Positions 40,359 to 51,330 of a stretch of 64,000 bases of DNA are shown here, in pieces. The stretch covers positions 1-64,000 of the forward strand of contig CAYLZE010000001.1 of NCBI GenBank assembly GCA_964388035.1, given 5' to 3'. The notes beneath the pieces were generated by a model that saw only the letters and a program-made list of their open reading frames with translations, did no database searches and was not told the origin of the DNA. Numbering within the stretch: position 1 is the first letter of the stretch; every line of letters starts with the position of its first letter. The DNA comes from an uncultured archaeon (GTDB taxonomy: Archaea; Asgardarchaeota; Lokiarchaeia; Sigyniarchaeales; SOKP01). The translations under genes and the position numbers were made by a program.

Positions 40359-40401
40359 TTTTTTTAACCTTCTATTTTTTTTAACTTAAGAAATCCTTTC
40401 T

Positions 40402-40522
40402 TTTTTTATCATTTTCAAAAATCGCAATGAGTATTGAACAAAATTTTCTCATCGCTCGATTTGGAAAAGAATATACTACTTATATGAAAGAGATAAATGG
40501 AATTATCCCATTTATTTACTAA
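40402..40522 (+). pseudogene. 3' remnant of an isoprenylcysteine carboxyl methyltransferase (ICMT/Ste14/PEMT-like) gene
   Basis: FFIIFKNR, one extra A, then MSIEQNFLIARFGKEYTTYMKEINGIIPFIY* (40427-40522), matching the family C-terminus R...EE..L...FG..Y..Y......IPFIY. Confidence 0.7.
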
Positions 40523-40560
40523 TCAAATAAAATTTTCAAATTCAGACTAAAAAAAATTTT

Positions 40561-43134
40561 TTAATTAAAAAATTCTTTAACGATTAACTGGCATAATTTT
40601 ACCATTTTTTGACCTAAATCTTGTTCATCTTGCGAATTAGTTAAGATCCAATCTTTTTGGTATAATTTATCCAAATATTCCCCCTTTGCATCAATAGAGA
40701 AAGCATATACTTTAAAGCGTTTCCTAACGTCATGAATATCATTCATGGCTTCGTTTAAGCCATAATTCCCATCTCCCGCAGGCTGCCCATCCGAAATAAC
40801 AATTATAAAGTCGTCCTTTTGTAGTTTATTAGCTTCATGTTTTATTGAAATCCCGTCTAAATTTTGACAATCATTAGCATGGCTTCCAAATTTGTCCATC
40901 TTCTTAGGATTCAAGGGTTCATCAAAATTTTTTACCAAGATATTTAATGCATCATGTTTTCCCGTGAATAGAACGATCCTTGTATTTGCTAGATATTCTA
41001 AAGCTTCACATAGCAATACAAGAGCAATTTTTGCCGCTTTCATCTTAACCCCTTTCATACTCCCGGAAATATCTACTATAATCAATAATCTTAACTCTCT
41101 CTCAACTGTTTTCTTTGTAAAACATTGTTTATATCTATAATCACTGGTGACTGCCTTAATTAATTTGCTATTTAGCCGTCCTCGCTTCTGAAAAGAATCG
41201 TAGTCTCTCTGATTTTTTAATTCTGCAAAAACTCTTTTAATTTTTTTTATTTGGTTATCATAATTAATTTTCATTTGAGCTAAAGTTAAATCGACAGGTA
41301 TCATATTTTCTTTGTCAATCGTTGTTTCAATTACCTTTCTATCCTTAAAATCTCCTCCTATTTTAAGTACGCGCATCCCTAATTCTAATGTTTTTAATCG
41401 TCTATCCATCTCTTCCTCAGCTTTTTTAAGATTGTCTGCGATCTTTTTTAGTACTTCGACTTTGAATCTATGTCTTTTATCGTTGAGCAATTCCTCAATG
41501 TCAATTTTCTCATCTTTTTCATCAAATAGCTCTAATTGCTTAAAAATGGTTTCAAGTTGTTTGGAATTGAGCTTATCAACGCCTAATTTCTCACAGAGTC
41601 TTTCTTCAAATAAATCCAGGTCAGTTTTAGGATCTCCTTCACTTAGTCCATTATTTTTTATCTCATCTAACTCCATGAAAATATCTTTGAGGTCTTCACA
41701 GGAAATATCGCAATTCTCGAAGGTTTTATTTAATTCTTTAGATAAGTTCTCTAAATTAGACCCATAGTCTAAAGAGCCATTATTACTTCTTAAAAAATCC
41801 TCTTTTTGTTTTAATTCCTGGATATCCGAAATTAAATCATCTAATACCCCGTCTTCCAGATTTAAATCATCAAATTTCTCACGTAGGTTTTTTTTTAGCT
41901 CCTCTAATGCTTCTCTACTTTCAAAATGATTATTTAATAGATCTTGATTTTTTTCAATTTCTTGTAGGAATTCCTTCACTTGATCTGAATTTATCTCATT
42001 TTTATCGTGTGTTTCATTCCAACTTCTGGTGAATTCATCAATATCTTTTTCATAGGACATTTCCTCAGATTGAGATCCATAATAAGTACCATTCTCTCTA
42101 AAATTAGCTAGATCTTCTTCAATTTTCTCTAAATCTTTTGTAGATAAATCATATTCCTCCAAGTTTTTTATCAAATCTTCACTGTATTCTTGTAATTCCG
42201 TTTTTTCCTTGGTTAGCTTGTCAAATGTATTATTCTCAAATTGTTGGCTTTCATTCCAACGGGTTAAAAGATCAAAGTCTTCCATTGGGTTGCCCTGCTT
42301 TGGATTATCTTCATAGTTATAATATATTTCTCCATCCTCAATTTCAGATTCCATATCCTCCTCCCCTTCCTCAGGAACCATCGGGATAGGATAAGATCTC
42401 GATCCTCCGCCTGAACTAGACCCTGAACTTCCAGGAACACCTCTAACTTGAGGAAATTGATTAACTTTTCGTTCGATTTTTTTTGGAAAATATTTCTTTA
42501 AGATATTGCAAAGTTTATAGACGGAAAGTAAGGTCACGTTAGGAGTACGGAATTTTATGATAAACTTTTTGATATTAACAACGGAATTCCAATCTGAAAT
42601 ACTAATCTTAAATGGACCTAAATTAGGAATAGTCAAAAATCCTTCAAAATCCTCCATGAACAAATAGATGTAAGTTACAATATCTTTTAATTTTACAATT
42701 CTCGATTTAATTATGGGGATTAGTGTCAACTCTAAATTTCTCAAGTTTCTATAAAAACCGGGAAACTTTTTATCATTTATTGCATTAATCCTAACGTCTT
42801 CTACTACATTGACTAATTGTCGTACAAATCCCGAAGGTAAATCAAATTTCTTAGAAACTACCGCGACTAACTTGGCAAAATTTAATTCGAATGACCCATA
42901 ACCCACATGTCCTGCTTCATGGGCAACCAATCCCTGACTTCCTTTGATATCTTCTTTATACTTTTGTGGAATATAAATAATTCTACAGTCAGTAAAAGCA
43001 GCATAATCGTTTCGTAAATAAGAAATGAGAATATCTTTATTACCACTGATTCTCTTTGCAGTATTTGTAAGGGCTAGTAAATCAGTATTTACATCTCGCT
43101 CAAATAAATCAAATAATCCTAATTCTTTAAACAT
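40561..43134 (-). CDS. vWA-domain protein (NorD/CbbO/CobT-like) with N-terminal HExxH domain and acidic repeat linker
   Basis: AHEAGH, NVVEDVRIN, GRLN, MIDAS DISGS, ISDGQP. Confidence 0.88.
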   Translation of the reverse strand: MFKELGLFDLFERDVNTDLLALTNTAKRISGNKDILISYLRNDYAAFTDCRIIYIPQKYKEDIKGSQGLVAHEAGHVGYGSFELNFAKLVAVVSKKFDLPSGFVRQLVNVVEDVRINAINDKKFPGFYRNLRNLELTLIPIIKSRIVKLKDIVTYIYLFMEDFEGFLTIPNLGPFKISISDWNSVVNIKKFIIKFRTPNVTLLSVYKLCNILKKYFPKKIERKVNQFPQVRGVPGSSGSSSGGGSRSYPIPMVPEEGEEDMESEIEDGEIYYNYEDNPKQGNPMEDFDLLTRWNESQQFENNTFDKLTKEKTELQEYSEDLIKNLEEYDLSTKDLEKIEEDLANFRENGTYYGSQSEEMSYEKDIDEFTRSWNETHDKNEINSDQVKEFLQEIEKNQDLLNNHFESREALEELKKNLREKFDDLNLEDGVLDDLISDIQELKQKEDFLRSNNGSLDYGSNLENLSKELNKTFENCDISCEDLKDIFMELDEIKNNGLSEGDPKTDLDLFEERLCEKLGVDKLNSKQLETIFKQLELFDEKDEKIDIEELLNDKRHRFKVEVLKKIADNLKKAEEEMDRRLKTLELGMRVLKIGGDFKDRKVIETTIDKENMIPVDLTLAQMKINYDNQIKKIKRVFAELKNQRDYDSFQKRGRLNSKLIKAVTSDYRYKQCFTKKTVERELRLLIIVDISGSMKGVKMKAAKIALVLLCEALEYLANTRIVLFTGKHDALNILVKNFDEPLNPKKMDKFGSHANDCQNLDGISIKHEANKLQKDDFIIVISDGQPAGDGNYGLNEAMNDIHDVRKRFKVYAFSIDAKGEYLDKLYQKDWILTNSQDEQDLGQKMVKLCQLIVKEFFN

Positions 43135-43164
43135 GATCCCTCAATCATTCCATGTATTCTGTCT

Positions 43165-44406
43165 TTAAAGTACGGGAAATGTTGTTCTCATCAATTCTGT
43201 TAATTCCGCATTCATTTTTCGATATAGCCATTTAATGTATTTTAAAGTGATATTGCCAGCATAGATATGAGTTTTCCCAGTTTGCTGCTTGTACATATTA
43301 TGATAACCTAACTCTTCTGTTAGTTTTATGTATTCCTGCAAGATTTTCTTATTATATGACCAGATCCATTCCAACGGAGTCCAAATTATTTTCCCGCTTC
43401 GATTCGTAATGGATCTATAATTGTTGTTTTTTCTATAATTATGTAACCATAACCGCATTTCTCCTATTACGTTAGAGTTTTTGTCTGATTCCTCTAATTT
43501 AATGGAACTTTGAATCTCTTCCTTAACCTCTTTTTTAACTATTAATTCATCCTTGAGTTTTTTTTCCAGCATCTTCCCATCGAGTATCATCGCAATGCTT
43601 TTCTTTTCCTCAGTATTTTCAGCTAATCTATTAATGATAGCATTTTCGATATTGCACTTGATATATTGTGGCTCCATACGGGTTATTAGATAGCAGAAAT
43701 TTACAATCAGTCGTGTGGAAAAGATTTTGGTTAAGGAGAAATCTTCGAGGGCTTGTTTTCTAATTTCTCTTGCCGCATCTACCACGACCTCAGCAATTCG
43801 AGAACTGCAGCCTGAAATCCGAGAAGCAATGAGAATCTCCTTGTTTTTATCGGGATAATTTATCTCGGGGCTTGCAATAAAGCGATCATCAAATGCTTCC
43901 TGCAATTTATTAATTCCTATCACCCCCTTATTCATGGTACCAATGACAATCAACTTGCTTTCTGAGTTAAGTTCATACTTTTCAAATCCTTTGGAGATGA
44001 GGTTGATATGGTTCTCTGATAAGAGTGAATTAAGAGAAATCTGTTCACTCTCTCTAATTGCATTAACTTCATTTATAATTACAAAAGAAATTCCATTCTC
44101 ATTCGCAGATTTTATTGCTAATGTGAGTGGACCATAATTAAATAGTGTATTTCCCTTGATCAATTCCCAATTCCCTTCTATATCTCTTCTGTCAAGATCA
44201 GGAGAGCCATCAATGATAAAATAAGGTGCATTAAAGTCCTTTGCTAAAGTTATTGCTAATAACGTCTTGCCAGTTCCAGGAGGCCCATGCAATAGAATAC
44301 CTGCACACCTCCCTGGTTCCAATGATTCTATTAAACATTTTAAATAATCAAATTCGTCTTTTTGTTGAATATATTTTGGAGCTTTAATTATTGAAGCTTC
44401 TAACAT
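43165..44406 (-). CDS. MoxR/CbbQ/NorQ-like AAA+ ATPase
   Basis: LLHGPPGTGKT, GPL..A, IGTMN, L.EAF.DRF, YPD...E, STR. Confidence 0.9.
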   Translation of the reverse strand: MLEASIIKAPKYIQQKDEFDYLKCLIESLEPGRCAGILLHGPPGTGKTLLAITLAKDFNAPYFIIDGSPDLDRRDIEGNWELIKGNTLFNYGPLTLAIKSANENGISFVIINEVNAIRESEQISLNSLLSENHINLISKGFEKYELNSESKLIVIGTMNKGVIGINKLQEAFDDRFIASPEINYPDKNKEILIASRISGCSSRIAEVVVDAAREIRKQALEDFSLTKIFSTRLIVNFCYLITRMEPQYIKCNIENAIINRLAENTEEKKSIAMILDGKMLEKKLKDELIVKKEVKEEIQSSIKLEESDKNSNVIGEMRLWLHNYRKNNNYRSITNRSGKIIWTPLEWIWSYNKKILQEYIKLTEELGYHNMYKQQTGKTHIYAGNITLKYIKWLYRKMNAELTELMRTTFPVL

Positions 44407-44565
44407 TTTCCATCCTTATTACATTTTTTACTCAAATTTTTATTCTTTGGTCTTTATCTCTTATACCCTTAAAGTATTTTGTATAGAACTGAACTTTATT
44501 ATAATTCAGATTTATAAACTCCTAAAAAAAGGGTGGAATTTTTATGGATCTAACAATTAAAATTA

Positions 44566-44585
44566 TTTGTCATGATCATGAAAAA
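44566..44585. promoter_or_regulatory. palindromic operator copy 1 (TTTGTCAT-GATC-ATGAAAAA)
   Basis: one of five near-identical intergenic copies; 23 nt before the D-aminoacylase start. Confidence 0.8.
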
Positions 44586-44608
44586 TTATTTAAAATGAGG
44601 TAAATATC

Positions 44609-46249
44609 GTGGAGAATTCAATTTTATTAAAAGATGCCAAGATATTTGATGGAACGGGAAATCCCTGGTATAAGGGGGATATTTCTATTAAGAATGGGAA
44701 AGTTGAAGCGGTTAGCAGGCACGTTCATATTTCTCATGATAAAATAATTGATTGTTCCTCGCTCGCAATTGCCCCGGGATTTATTGATATTCATACCCAT
44801 TCTGATTTAACGGTAGATATTAATCCCAAATTAGAAAGTACCATAAGACAAGGAGTCACGACCCACGTGGTGGGAAATTGCGGCATTAGCTATGCTCCCG
44901 TAAATCCGAATAAAGCCCACTTGCTTCAAGAATATACTCAAGGGATATGTCCATTGGATGTAAAAGTGAACATTTCTTGGAGCACTTTTGAAGAGTATTT
45001 AAACCATGAAGCAAAGCGTGGAATGTCCTCCAACATGGTGTATTTCGTGGGACATGGTACTGTTCGAATTGCAGTGATGGAATTTGATTCAAGAATTCCT
45101 ACTGATGAAGAATTAGAACAAATGAAGGCGCATGTGGATGAAGCAATGAGGGCAGGTGCTTTTGGATTATCAACCGGGCTAGGGCATCCTCCCGGATTAT
45201 TTGCTAAGACACCTGAATTGATCGAATTAGCAAAAGTAGCCAGTAAGCATGGGGGAATGTACGTATCTCATATCAGATCCTACGCCAGTGCATTGATGGA
45301 AGCAATAGACGAGATTATTACTATTGGAAGTAAAGCTCAATTACCCATTCACGTGTCTCATTTATCTGTATATGGCTCACCAAATTGGGGTGCCAGTAAA
45401 AAGGCTCTTGAAATGATTGAAAGGAAAAGAGAAGAGGGTATGGAAATCACTACAGATCTACACCCTTACGATTCCACCAGTTCTTTTTTAATTAATGTAT
45501 TACCTCCTTGGGTGATTGATGGAGGAATGCAAAAACTACTGGAACGATTGAAAGATGATAACACGCGGAAAAAAATTACCCATGATTTGAAAAATGGTAT
45601 TCCCGGATGGAAGGAATGGATTCCTCCCGAAAAAGTGGGTTTCAATAATCTCTTGGCAGTCTCTCTAAAATCCCCCAAAAATAAAAGGCTGGAAGGAAAA
45701 AGTTTTGAAGAAATTGCAAGGATATGGAACACGGATGTATATTCAGCAATTTATGACCTTTTAATTGAAGAAAATGGAGAAGTCACCATGATGATAAAGC
45801 ACATGAGAGGGGAAGAAGATATTATTAATATCATGAAACATCCACTATCAGCCTTTGGCTCGGATGCTTGGACAATGGCACCCTATGGTCCTTTAAAAAC
45901 AGGCAGCCCGCATCCCCGTATATATGGAACATTTCCTAAATTTTTGGGAGAATATGTACGAGAGAAAAAAGTTCTTTCTCTTGAAAATGCAATCCGAAAA
46001 ATGACGTCATATCCTGCACAGATCCTCAAACTTCGGGATCGGGGATTGCTTAGAAAAAATTTTTGTGCAGACATCGTGATTTTTGACCCCAAAACGATTC
46101 AAGAAAAAGCGACCTATGAAAATTCCCATGTCTATCCGGAAGGGATAGAATACGTAATTGTCAATGGACAAATGGTAATAGAAAAGGGAGAGCATCTCGA
46201 AAATCTTCCCGGAATGGTATTACGCCATGACTCAAGTCATGTGCATTAA
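44609..46249 (+). CDS. N-acyl-D-amino-acid deacylase (D-aminoacylase)
   Basis: APGFIDIHTHSD, GNCG, GHG, GLSTGL, SHIR, GSD, PHPR.YGTFP. Confidence 0.93.
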   Translation: MENSILLKDAKIFDGTGNPWYKGDISIKNGKVEAVSRHVHISHDKIIDCSSLAIAPGFIDIHTHSDLTVDINPKLESTIRQGVTTHVVGNCGISYAPVNPNKAHLLQEYTQGICPLDVKVNISWSTFEEYLNHEAKRGMSSNMVYFVGHGTVRIAVMEFDSRIPTDEELEQMKAHVDEAMRAGAFGLSTGLGHPPGLFAKTPELIELAKVASKHGGMYVSHIRSYASALMEAIDEIITIGSKAQLPIHVSHLSVYGSPNWGASKKALEMIERKREEGMEITTDLHPYDSTSSFLINVLPPWVIDGGMQKLLERLKDDNTRKKITHDLKNGIPGWKEWIPPEKVGFNNLLAVSLKSPKNKRLEGKSFEEIARIWNTDVYSAIYDLLIEENGEVTMMIKHMRGEEDIINIMKHPLSAFGSDAWTMAPYGPLKTGSPHPRIYGTFPKFLGEYVREKKVLSLENAIRKMTSYPAQILKLRDRGLLRKNFCADIVIFDPKTIQEKATYENSHVYPEGIEYVIVNGQMVIEKGEHLENLPGMVLRHDSSHVH

Positions 46250-46252
46250 TAA

Positions 46253-47191
46253 TCATTTATATTTTTTAATATACTCGGTATTCGAGAGCTCTTCAATCAA
46301 CTTATTTATTTTTTTATATTGAAGTTTTTTAAGAGAGGGTAAGGGAGATCTTACGATATTCGTTATGGGTAATCCAAGAGCGATTAACGTTTCTTTCATT
46401 AAACTCGGAGCACCGGATGGATATACTGCCCCAAAAATTGCTCCTACTTTCATCAAATAAGGAAGACAATCAGCAATTCTTTCCTTATTTTCCGCCTGAA
46501 ATGCTTCATAAATGTCCACATAAATGCTGGGAAACATATTCAATCCTGAGAAAATTCCCCCATCAAATTTCAAATTCGCTTCACTAAATTTTCTCACGAT
46601 GATTTCTGAACCAATAAAGAATAAAAATTTACTTCGGTCACTCAGATTATCAAGAAGAGGCATGACATAATTATCCCAATCTCCCCCAGAATACTTGATC
46701 CCATTTATAATGTTCTCATTTGTCAATTCGATAATTAAGTTATAGGATAATGCGGCTGTGGAAGGAACGGTACTGCTCAATTCATAAGCAAATAAGGGTT
46801 TAACTCCACAATTCTTGCTTAAAACCATATAATAGTTTTTTATTTCGCTATTTTGCAAGTTAAAATATTGGGGAATATTAGCCACATATCCACTTATACC
46901 TAAATCATCTCCAAATTTCAATAATTTTAAAGCTAATTTTAGCGAGGTGCAAGATAAGTTCATGAGAATAGGAACTCGTGATTTCACTTGATCTTTAATA
47001 ATTTCAACACATTTCATTCTCTCTTCCAGATCCATGTAAGCAAATTCACTCGACGATCCGAGAGCGAAAATACCCGATACTCCTTGCTCTATTAAATAAT
47101 CAACCACGATCCTGAGCCCCTCTTCATCAATATTTTCATCTTGTTTGAATGGGGTAATGATAGGTGGAATCATCCCGTTAATTTGAATCAA
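46253..47191 (-). CDS. DHDPS/N-acetylneuraminate lyase family aldolase
   Basis: PPIITPF, LGSSSEF, AYE, GIKYS (Schiff-base Lys), VRSPL. Confidence 0.9.
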   Translation of the reverse strand: MIQINGMIPPIITPFKQDENIDEEGLRIVVDYLIEQGVSGIFALGSSSEFAYMDLEERMKCVEIIKDQVKSRVPILMNLSCTSLKLALKLLKFGDDLGISGYVANIPQYFNLQNSEIKNYYMVLSKNCGVKPLFAYELSSTVPSTAALSYNLIIELTNENIINGIKYSGGDWDNYVMPLLDNLSDRSKFLFFIGSEIIVRKFSEANLKFDGGIFSGLNMFPSIYVDIYEAFQAENKERIADCLPYLMKVGAIFGAVYPSGAPSLMKETLIALGLPITNIVRSPLPSLKKLQYKKINKLIEELSNTEYIKKYK

Positions 47192-47328
47192 AAATTTAAC
47201 CTCTATATGTTTTAATGCTTTAATTTCTATTATATTGTAAAATTAATGGTATGTGTTTTGATACTTGGGACGCTAGATCTTTTATTCCCTATATCTTGGT
47301 AAAATATAATTTATCTTATTTTATAAAA

Positions 47329-47348
47329 TTTGTCATGATTATGAAAAA
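47329..47348. promoter_or_regulatory. palindromic operator copy 2 (TTTGTCAT-GATT-ATGAAAAA)
   Basis: abuts TATA-like TTTTATAAAA (47319-47328), upstream of the minus-strand aldolase. Confidence 0.8.
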
Positions 47349-47634
47349 TAGAGGAGATCCATTGGGCTTCAATGATTTTCCAATCAATGGATAATCCCCA
47401 AAAAAAAGGCAACTATTAGGAAAAAAATTATTTTATCATGGCTATACGTGCTTTTTTCCTCAATCATGCCCATTCTTTTTATTATTGATTTTATTTACGC
47501 TTTAATGCTTTATATTTCTCAATAATATTGGATTTGGAGACCTGTTATACTTCACTCCCTCATTATTTGAGGACTTCATAGATAAGAATCGATTAATAAA
47601 ACCATTACATTAGAAAAAAACAAAAGAGCAGAAG

Positions 47635-49134
47635 CTAAGTTAATTCAATGATATTAATTTTTACAGAATTATCAAAGTGAACGACAAATTTTTTTCCAAC
47701 CATGTCTTCTTCAAGTAATCTAGACAACATGTCCGGTTCTGCATTTAATTGAGCAAGTGTCCTTCTGCCATTTCCAAGAGTGCCTATAAAAATCCCTTTA
47801 ATAGGATTTCCTTTACGATTATAAACCAAGGTATACCCTTCTACTTGAATAGTACCATTTGCCTCTTGTTGAGGAGGATCCAGAGCTTTTGATAAGATCA
47901 AATCTTGCATTTCCTCGTCGTTTATTTGTTCCCACGAGATTACCGGAGGAGTTCTTCCATATAACCCAAACGATTGCTTATGATTATATCCTCCATTTGC
48001 AACAATCATGACATTTAAAGCAGGATTAGTTCGAATTTTTTCAACTGCAGTAACCACGGCATGCATGGAATAATTACTCCACGGACCTCCAAAATATGGC
48101 AATCCTCCTGCAATGGTTAAATCTCGTGAATCACCTTCGGGAATTCCGATCTCATTCTTAATTATTTGTATGATAGAGGGAAAACAGCTATAAATGTCAA
48201 ACACATGGATGTCCTTGAGGGAGATTCCAGCTTGATTTAAGGCTCTTTTAGAACCCACTCTTGCTGCGGGTGAGTCATGTAGGTTTGGGCGTCTGGTTAT
48301 CTCGTATACATTTTGAAAATCAGCTCCCCCCCTTAAATATACCCAGTAATTCTCGTCTATACCTAAATCACGTGCTTGCTCAACTGTCATCATGAGGAGA
48401 GCAGCGGATTGATCCACAAACATGTTAGCACACATGCGTTTCGTATAAGGATAATTTATCATGCGATTGGAAGGCGTGGGGTTGATTATTTCTTTGGCAC
48501 TAAATGATTCCTTAGTCCAAGAAAAGGGATTCTCTGATGCAATTTTCGAAAATCTTTCAAATAATTTTCCCATAGAAAGTTGATGTTCCTCCACAGTCCT
48601 TGCTAGCGATTTTCTTAACGCTGTTTCAAAAATTGCATAGGAGATTGATGGATTCTTGAGCCCATAACTATTTTCAAACTCATTAATACCATCCCATAAT
48701 TCTCCTTCCATGTAGGAGGGTTTTTTAGAAGGCGGCCAATTCTTTATCTTCTTTGATTTATAAGCCGTATAAAAACATTCTCCTCCCGTAATAAGTATTG
48801 CTTTCGAACGTTCATGAAAAAAGTCTCTTGATGCTCTATTTATTAGGGCTTGAGGAGTATTTCCCCCATCGGGCAAATACACTCTCCTCCGAGGGATAAT
48901 CCCAAGAGTTTTCCCCAATTCTCCCGGAGCATCTTCATAAGACCAGCTCCTAATATTCGTCATGAAGATCGTATCTATGGAATCTATGATTTGCGAAGAG
49001 TTCGCATTGGTATCTTTAATAGCATTTTCACATGCTTTAATTATCAAAGCCAAGGGATCTAAAGGACTTTCAATAATCTTGCGTTGAGTATATTGAGCAA
49101 CTCCCACGAGCACGGCAGATTTATCTTTTTTCAT
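47635..49134 (-). CDS. thiolase-like protein (non-canonical, lacks the N-terminal catalytic Cys)
   Basis: GGNTPQ, YPYTKRM, VDQSAA, DIYSCFP, GGLPYFGGP. Confidence 0.85.
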   Translation of the reverse strand: MKKDKSAVLVGVAQYTQRKIIESPLDPLALIIKACENAIKDTNANSSQIIDSIDTIFMTNIRSWSYEDAPGELGKTLGIIPRRRVYLPDGGNTPQALINRASRDFFHERSKAILITGGECFYTAYKSKKIKNWPPSKKPSYMEGELWDGINEFENSYGLKNPSISYAIFETALRKSLARTVEEHQLSMGKLFERFSKIASENPFSWTKESFSAKEIINPTPSNRMINYPYTKRMCANMFVDQSAALLMMTVEQARDLGIDENYWVYLRGGADFQNVYEITRRPNLHDSPAARVGSKRALNQAGISLKDIHVFDIYSCFPSIIQIIKNEIGIPEGDSRDLTIAGGLPYFGGPWSNYSMHAVVTAVEKIRTNPALNVMIVANGGYNHKQSFGLYGRTPPVISWEQINDEEMQDLILSKALDPPQQEANGTIQVEGYTLVYNRKGNPIKGIFIGTLGNGRRTLAQLNAEPDMLSRLLEEDMVGKKFVVHFDNSVKINIIELT

Positions 49135-49546
49135 TAAAACCCCTAAATAACAAGTAAGATTTTATCATAATTTTAATTTCCATAATGAATTAAAATTAAT
49201 CTTTCTTACATTTTTACCGAGATCTCTTTAGAAATTTAAGCACCTACTTTAAATTTTTCATTTAGAACAAGATTGAAAAAAAAATCATAGAATTACGAGA
49301 TTTGTTAGACTCCAAGACATATGGTAAAAATTAACCTTACGATTTAAATCCATTTTAATCACAGAACTTTATGGCGGAATGAACTTCATTAATACCACAA
49401 AAAGCTATTCCAAAGAATTCTAAAACTGACCCAATGACTAAGCGAATAAGATTGAGAATATGGAAAATCCCAGAAGAAAAGATTAAGTATTCAATTAAAT
49501 CCTTGATCTCTCCTTAGATATTCCAGACACTCATAAGCCATAGAGA

Positions 49547-49566
49547 TTTGTCATTTTTATGACAAA
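49547..49566. promoter_or_regulatory. palindromic operator copy 3 (TTTGTCAT-TTTT-ATGACAAA)
   Basis: perfect arms; TATA-like TTTAAATA at 49568-49575; upstream of the MFS gene. Confidence 0.85.
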
Positions 49567-49642
49567 CTTTAAATAACATTGTGACGAAATTTAAATTAGC
49601 TTCTTTAAAACAAAATTTAAAATAAAAAAATGGGAAAAAAGA

Positions 49643-51058
49643 ATGGAACAAATTAAAAAAGATGGAATAAATGAATCAAGATCCCAATCTACACCGATAA
49701 TGATTTCCTATTCCCTAGGTAATTTAATGTCCGAAGCCTTTTTCTTCATTTTCGGCACGTATTTCTACTTCTTCTATGAAGTAGAGGTGGGACTCTCTAT
49801 TTGGTTAGTAAGCTTAGGCTACACGATCTACGCCATATGGAATGCGATCAACGACCCTATAATTGGAGTATTTACCGATCGTCCAAATAGGATGTGGAAA
49901 AGGTGGGGCAAGCGATTCCCCTTTGTCTTTATCGGGATTCTTGGATGGATTTTTACGTTAGCTTTATTATTTACTCCTCCAGATGTAAGTGCTGCCTCAG
50001 GGAGCATCATTTTGTTTATTTGGCTAATATTTTCCGCTTGCTTGTGCGATACATTATTTTCTTTAGGAGCAGTGAATTATGGTGCGTTATATCCCGATAA
50101 ATTTAGAACGGATGGTGATCGACGGAAAGTAGCAGGTTATGGTAACATTTTTGCTCTGTTAGGTACTTTGGTCGGAGCAATAATTCCTCCGATGTTCATC
50201 ACGTACGGTGATATATCCTCATATGCCACGATGTCTTGGTTAGTAATCATTATTTTACTTGTTGCGTTCGTGTTTTACATTCCAGGCATACGAGAAACGA
50301 AATGGATGAAGGAGCGATATTTGGAAAGGTGGGAAGTGGAAAAAGCGGAGAAAATTTCATTTGTTGATACTGTCAGGCGCGTCTTTAAACAGAAAAACTA
50401 TGTCGTGTTCATGGTGGTTTACCTCGTAAGTGATATCGCTAGTGCTTGTTTAATGGCAAGTTTAAATTATGAGATTATCTACGTTCTAAATGAATCAACG
50501 GATGCACTCTTATTTATAATGTTAATCTATGTACTTTCCTCAATAATTTCGATACCATTTTGGGTATTGTTATCTCAAAGAATCAAAAATAACAAGAAAG
50601 TCTTCATTATTTCCTGCATTGCAAATGCCGCATTTTTGATTCCAATGGGGTTTATAAACATTCTATGGGCTTTTCTCATCGGAGCTGTCTTTTTGGGCAT
50701 CGGAATGGCGGGCTTCAAGGTTAACTTGACTCCGCTTTCTGGGGATGCCCTAGATGAGGCATTGGTTCTTAATAAGCGCCACATGGAATCTTCTTATGGT
50801 GGCTTTATGGTCTTTATCTTGAGATTTTCATTAGTGGCACAAGCTCTTATATTCGGTATCGTGCACACCTTGACGGGATTCGATACGACCCCTGGAGCTA
50901 CTCAACCCCCAGCGGCTGTCTTTGGTATTCAATTACACTTCGCCCTCATTCCGGCAGTTTTATTCATCATCGGAATCATCATTTTCTGGAAATATTACGG
51001 ACTTACCCCTGAGAAAACAAAAGAATTGAAGGAAAAGATAAAGGAACTTCAGCAATAA
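49643..51058 (+). CDS. MFS transporter, glycoside-pentoside-hexuronide (GPH/MelB-like) family
   Basis: IWNAINDPIIGVFTDR..WGKRFP, about 12 TM, GFD....QP..A..GI. Confidence 0.93.
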   Translation: MEQIKKDGINESRSQSTPIMISYSLGNLMSEAFFFIFGTYFYFFYEVEVGLSIWLVSLGYTIYAIWNAINDPIIGVFTDRPNRMWKRWGKRFPFVFIGILGWIFTLALLFTPPDVSAASGSIILFIWLIFSACLCDTLFSLGAVNYGALYPDKFRTDGDRRKVAGYGNIFALLGTLVGAIIPPMFITYGDISSYATMSWLVIIILLVAFVFYIPGIRETKWMKERYLERWEVEKAEKISFVDTVRRVFKQKNYVVFMVVYLVSDIASACLMASLNYEIIYVLNESTDALLFIMLIYVLSSIISIPFWVLLSQRIKNNKKVFIISCIANAAFLIPMGFINILWAFLIGAVFLGIGMAGFKVNLTPLSGDALDEALVLNKRHMESSYGGFMVFILRFSLVAQALIFGIVHTLTGFDTTPGATQPPAAVFGIQLHFALIPAVLFIIGIIIFWKYYGLTPEKTKELKEKIKELQQ

Positions 51059-51330
51059 ATTAATTTTTTTCTTTTTTGTTACTTTATTCTTTTTTTTATG
51101 ATTTTATTCAATTAGGTTAGGCTAATTTTACAAAAGAATGATCTTTTGCTTTGTGCGCGTTCAGGAAGTCACGAGCACCAGATGTAGCTCAAACTCCTTT
51201 ATCCCGTCAATTACAAAAGATTTCAGAACTGCTTTTCATAAAATATTAATTTTCTTCAATCTTGTATATCATGAATTAATGAAAATTTAATTAGAAATAA
51301 AGATATGCATCTCATTAAAGACTAGAAAAT

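Noticed and set aside
49340-49545. Possible decayed membrane-protein ORF on the minus strand
   Set aside because: About 50 open codons, but I could not recognise a family.
51262-51290. Degenerate operator upstream of the sulfatase
   Set aside because: Wrong spacer length and several mismatches.
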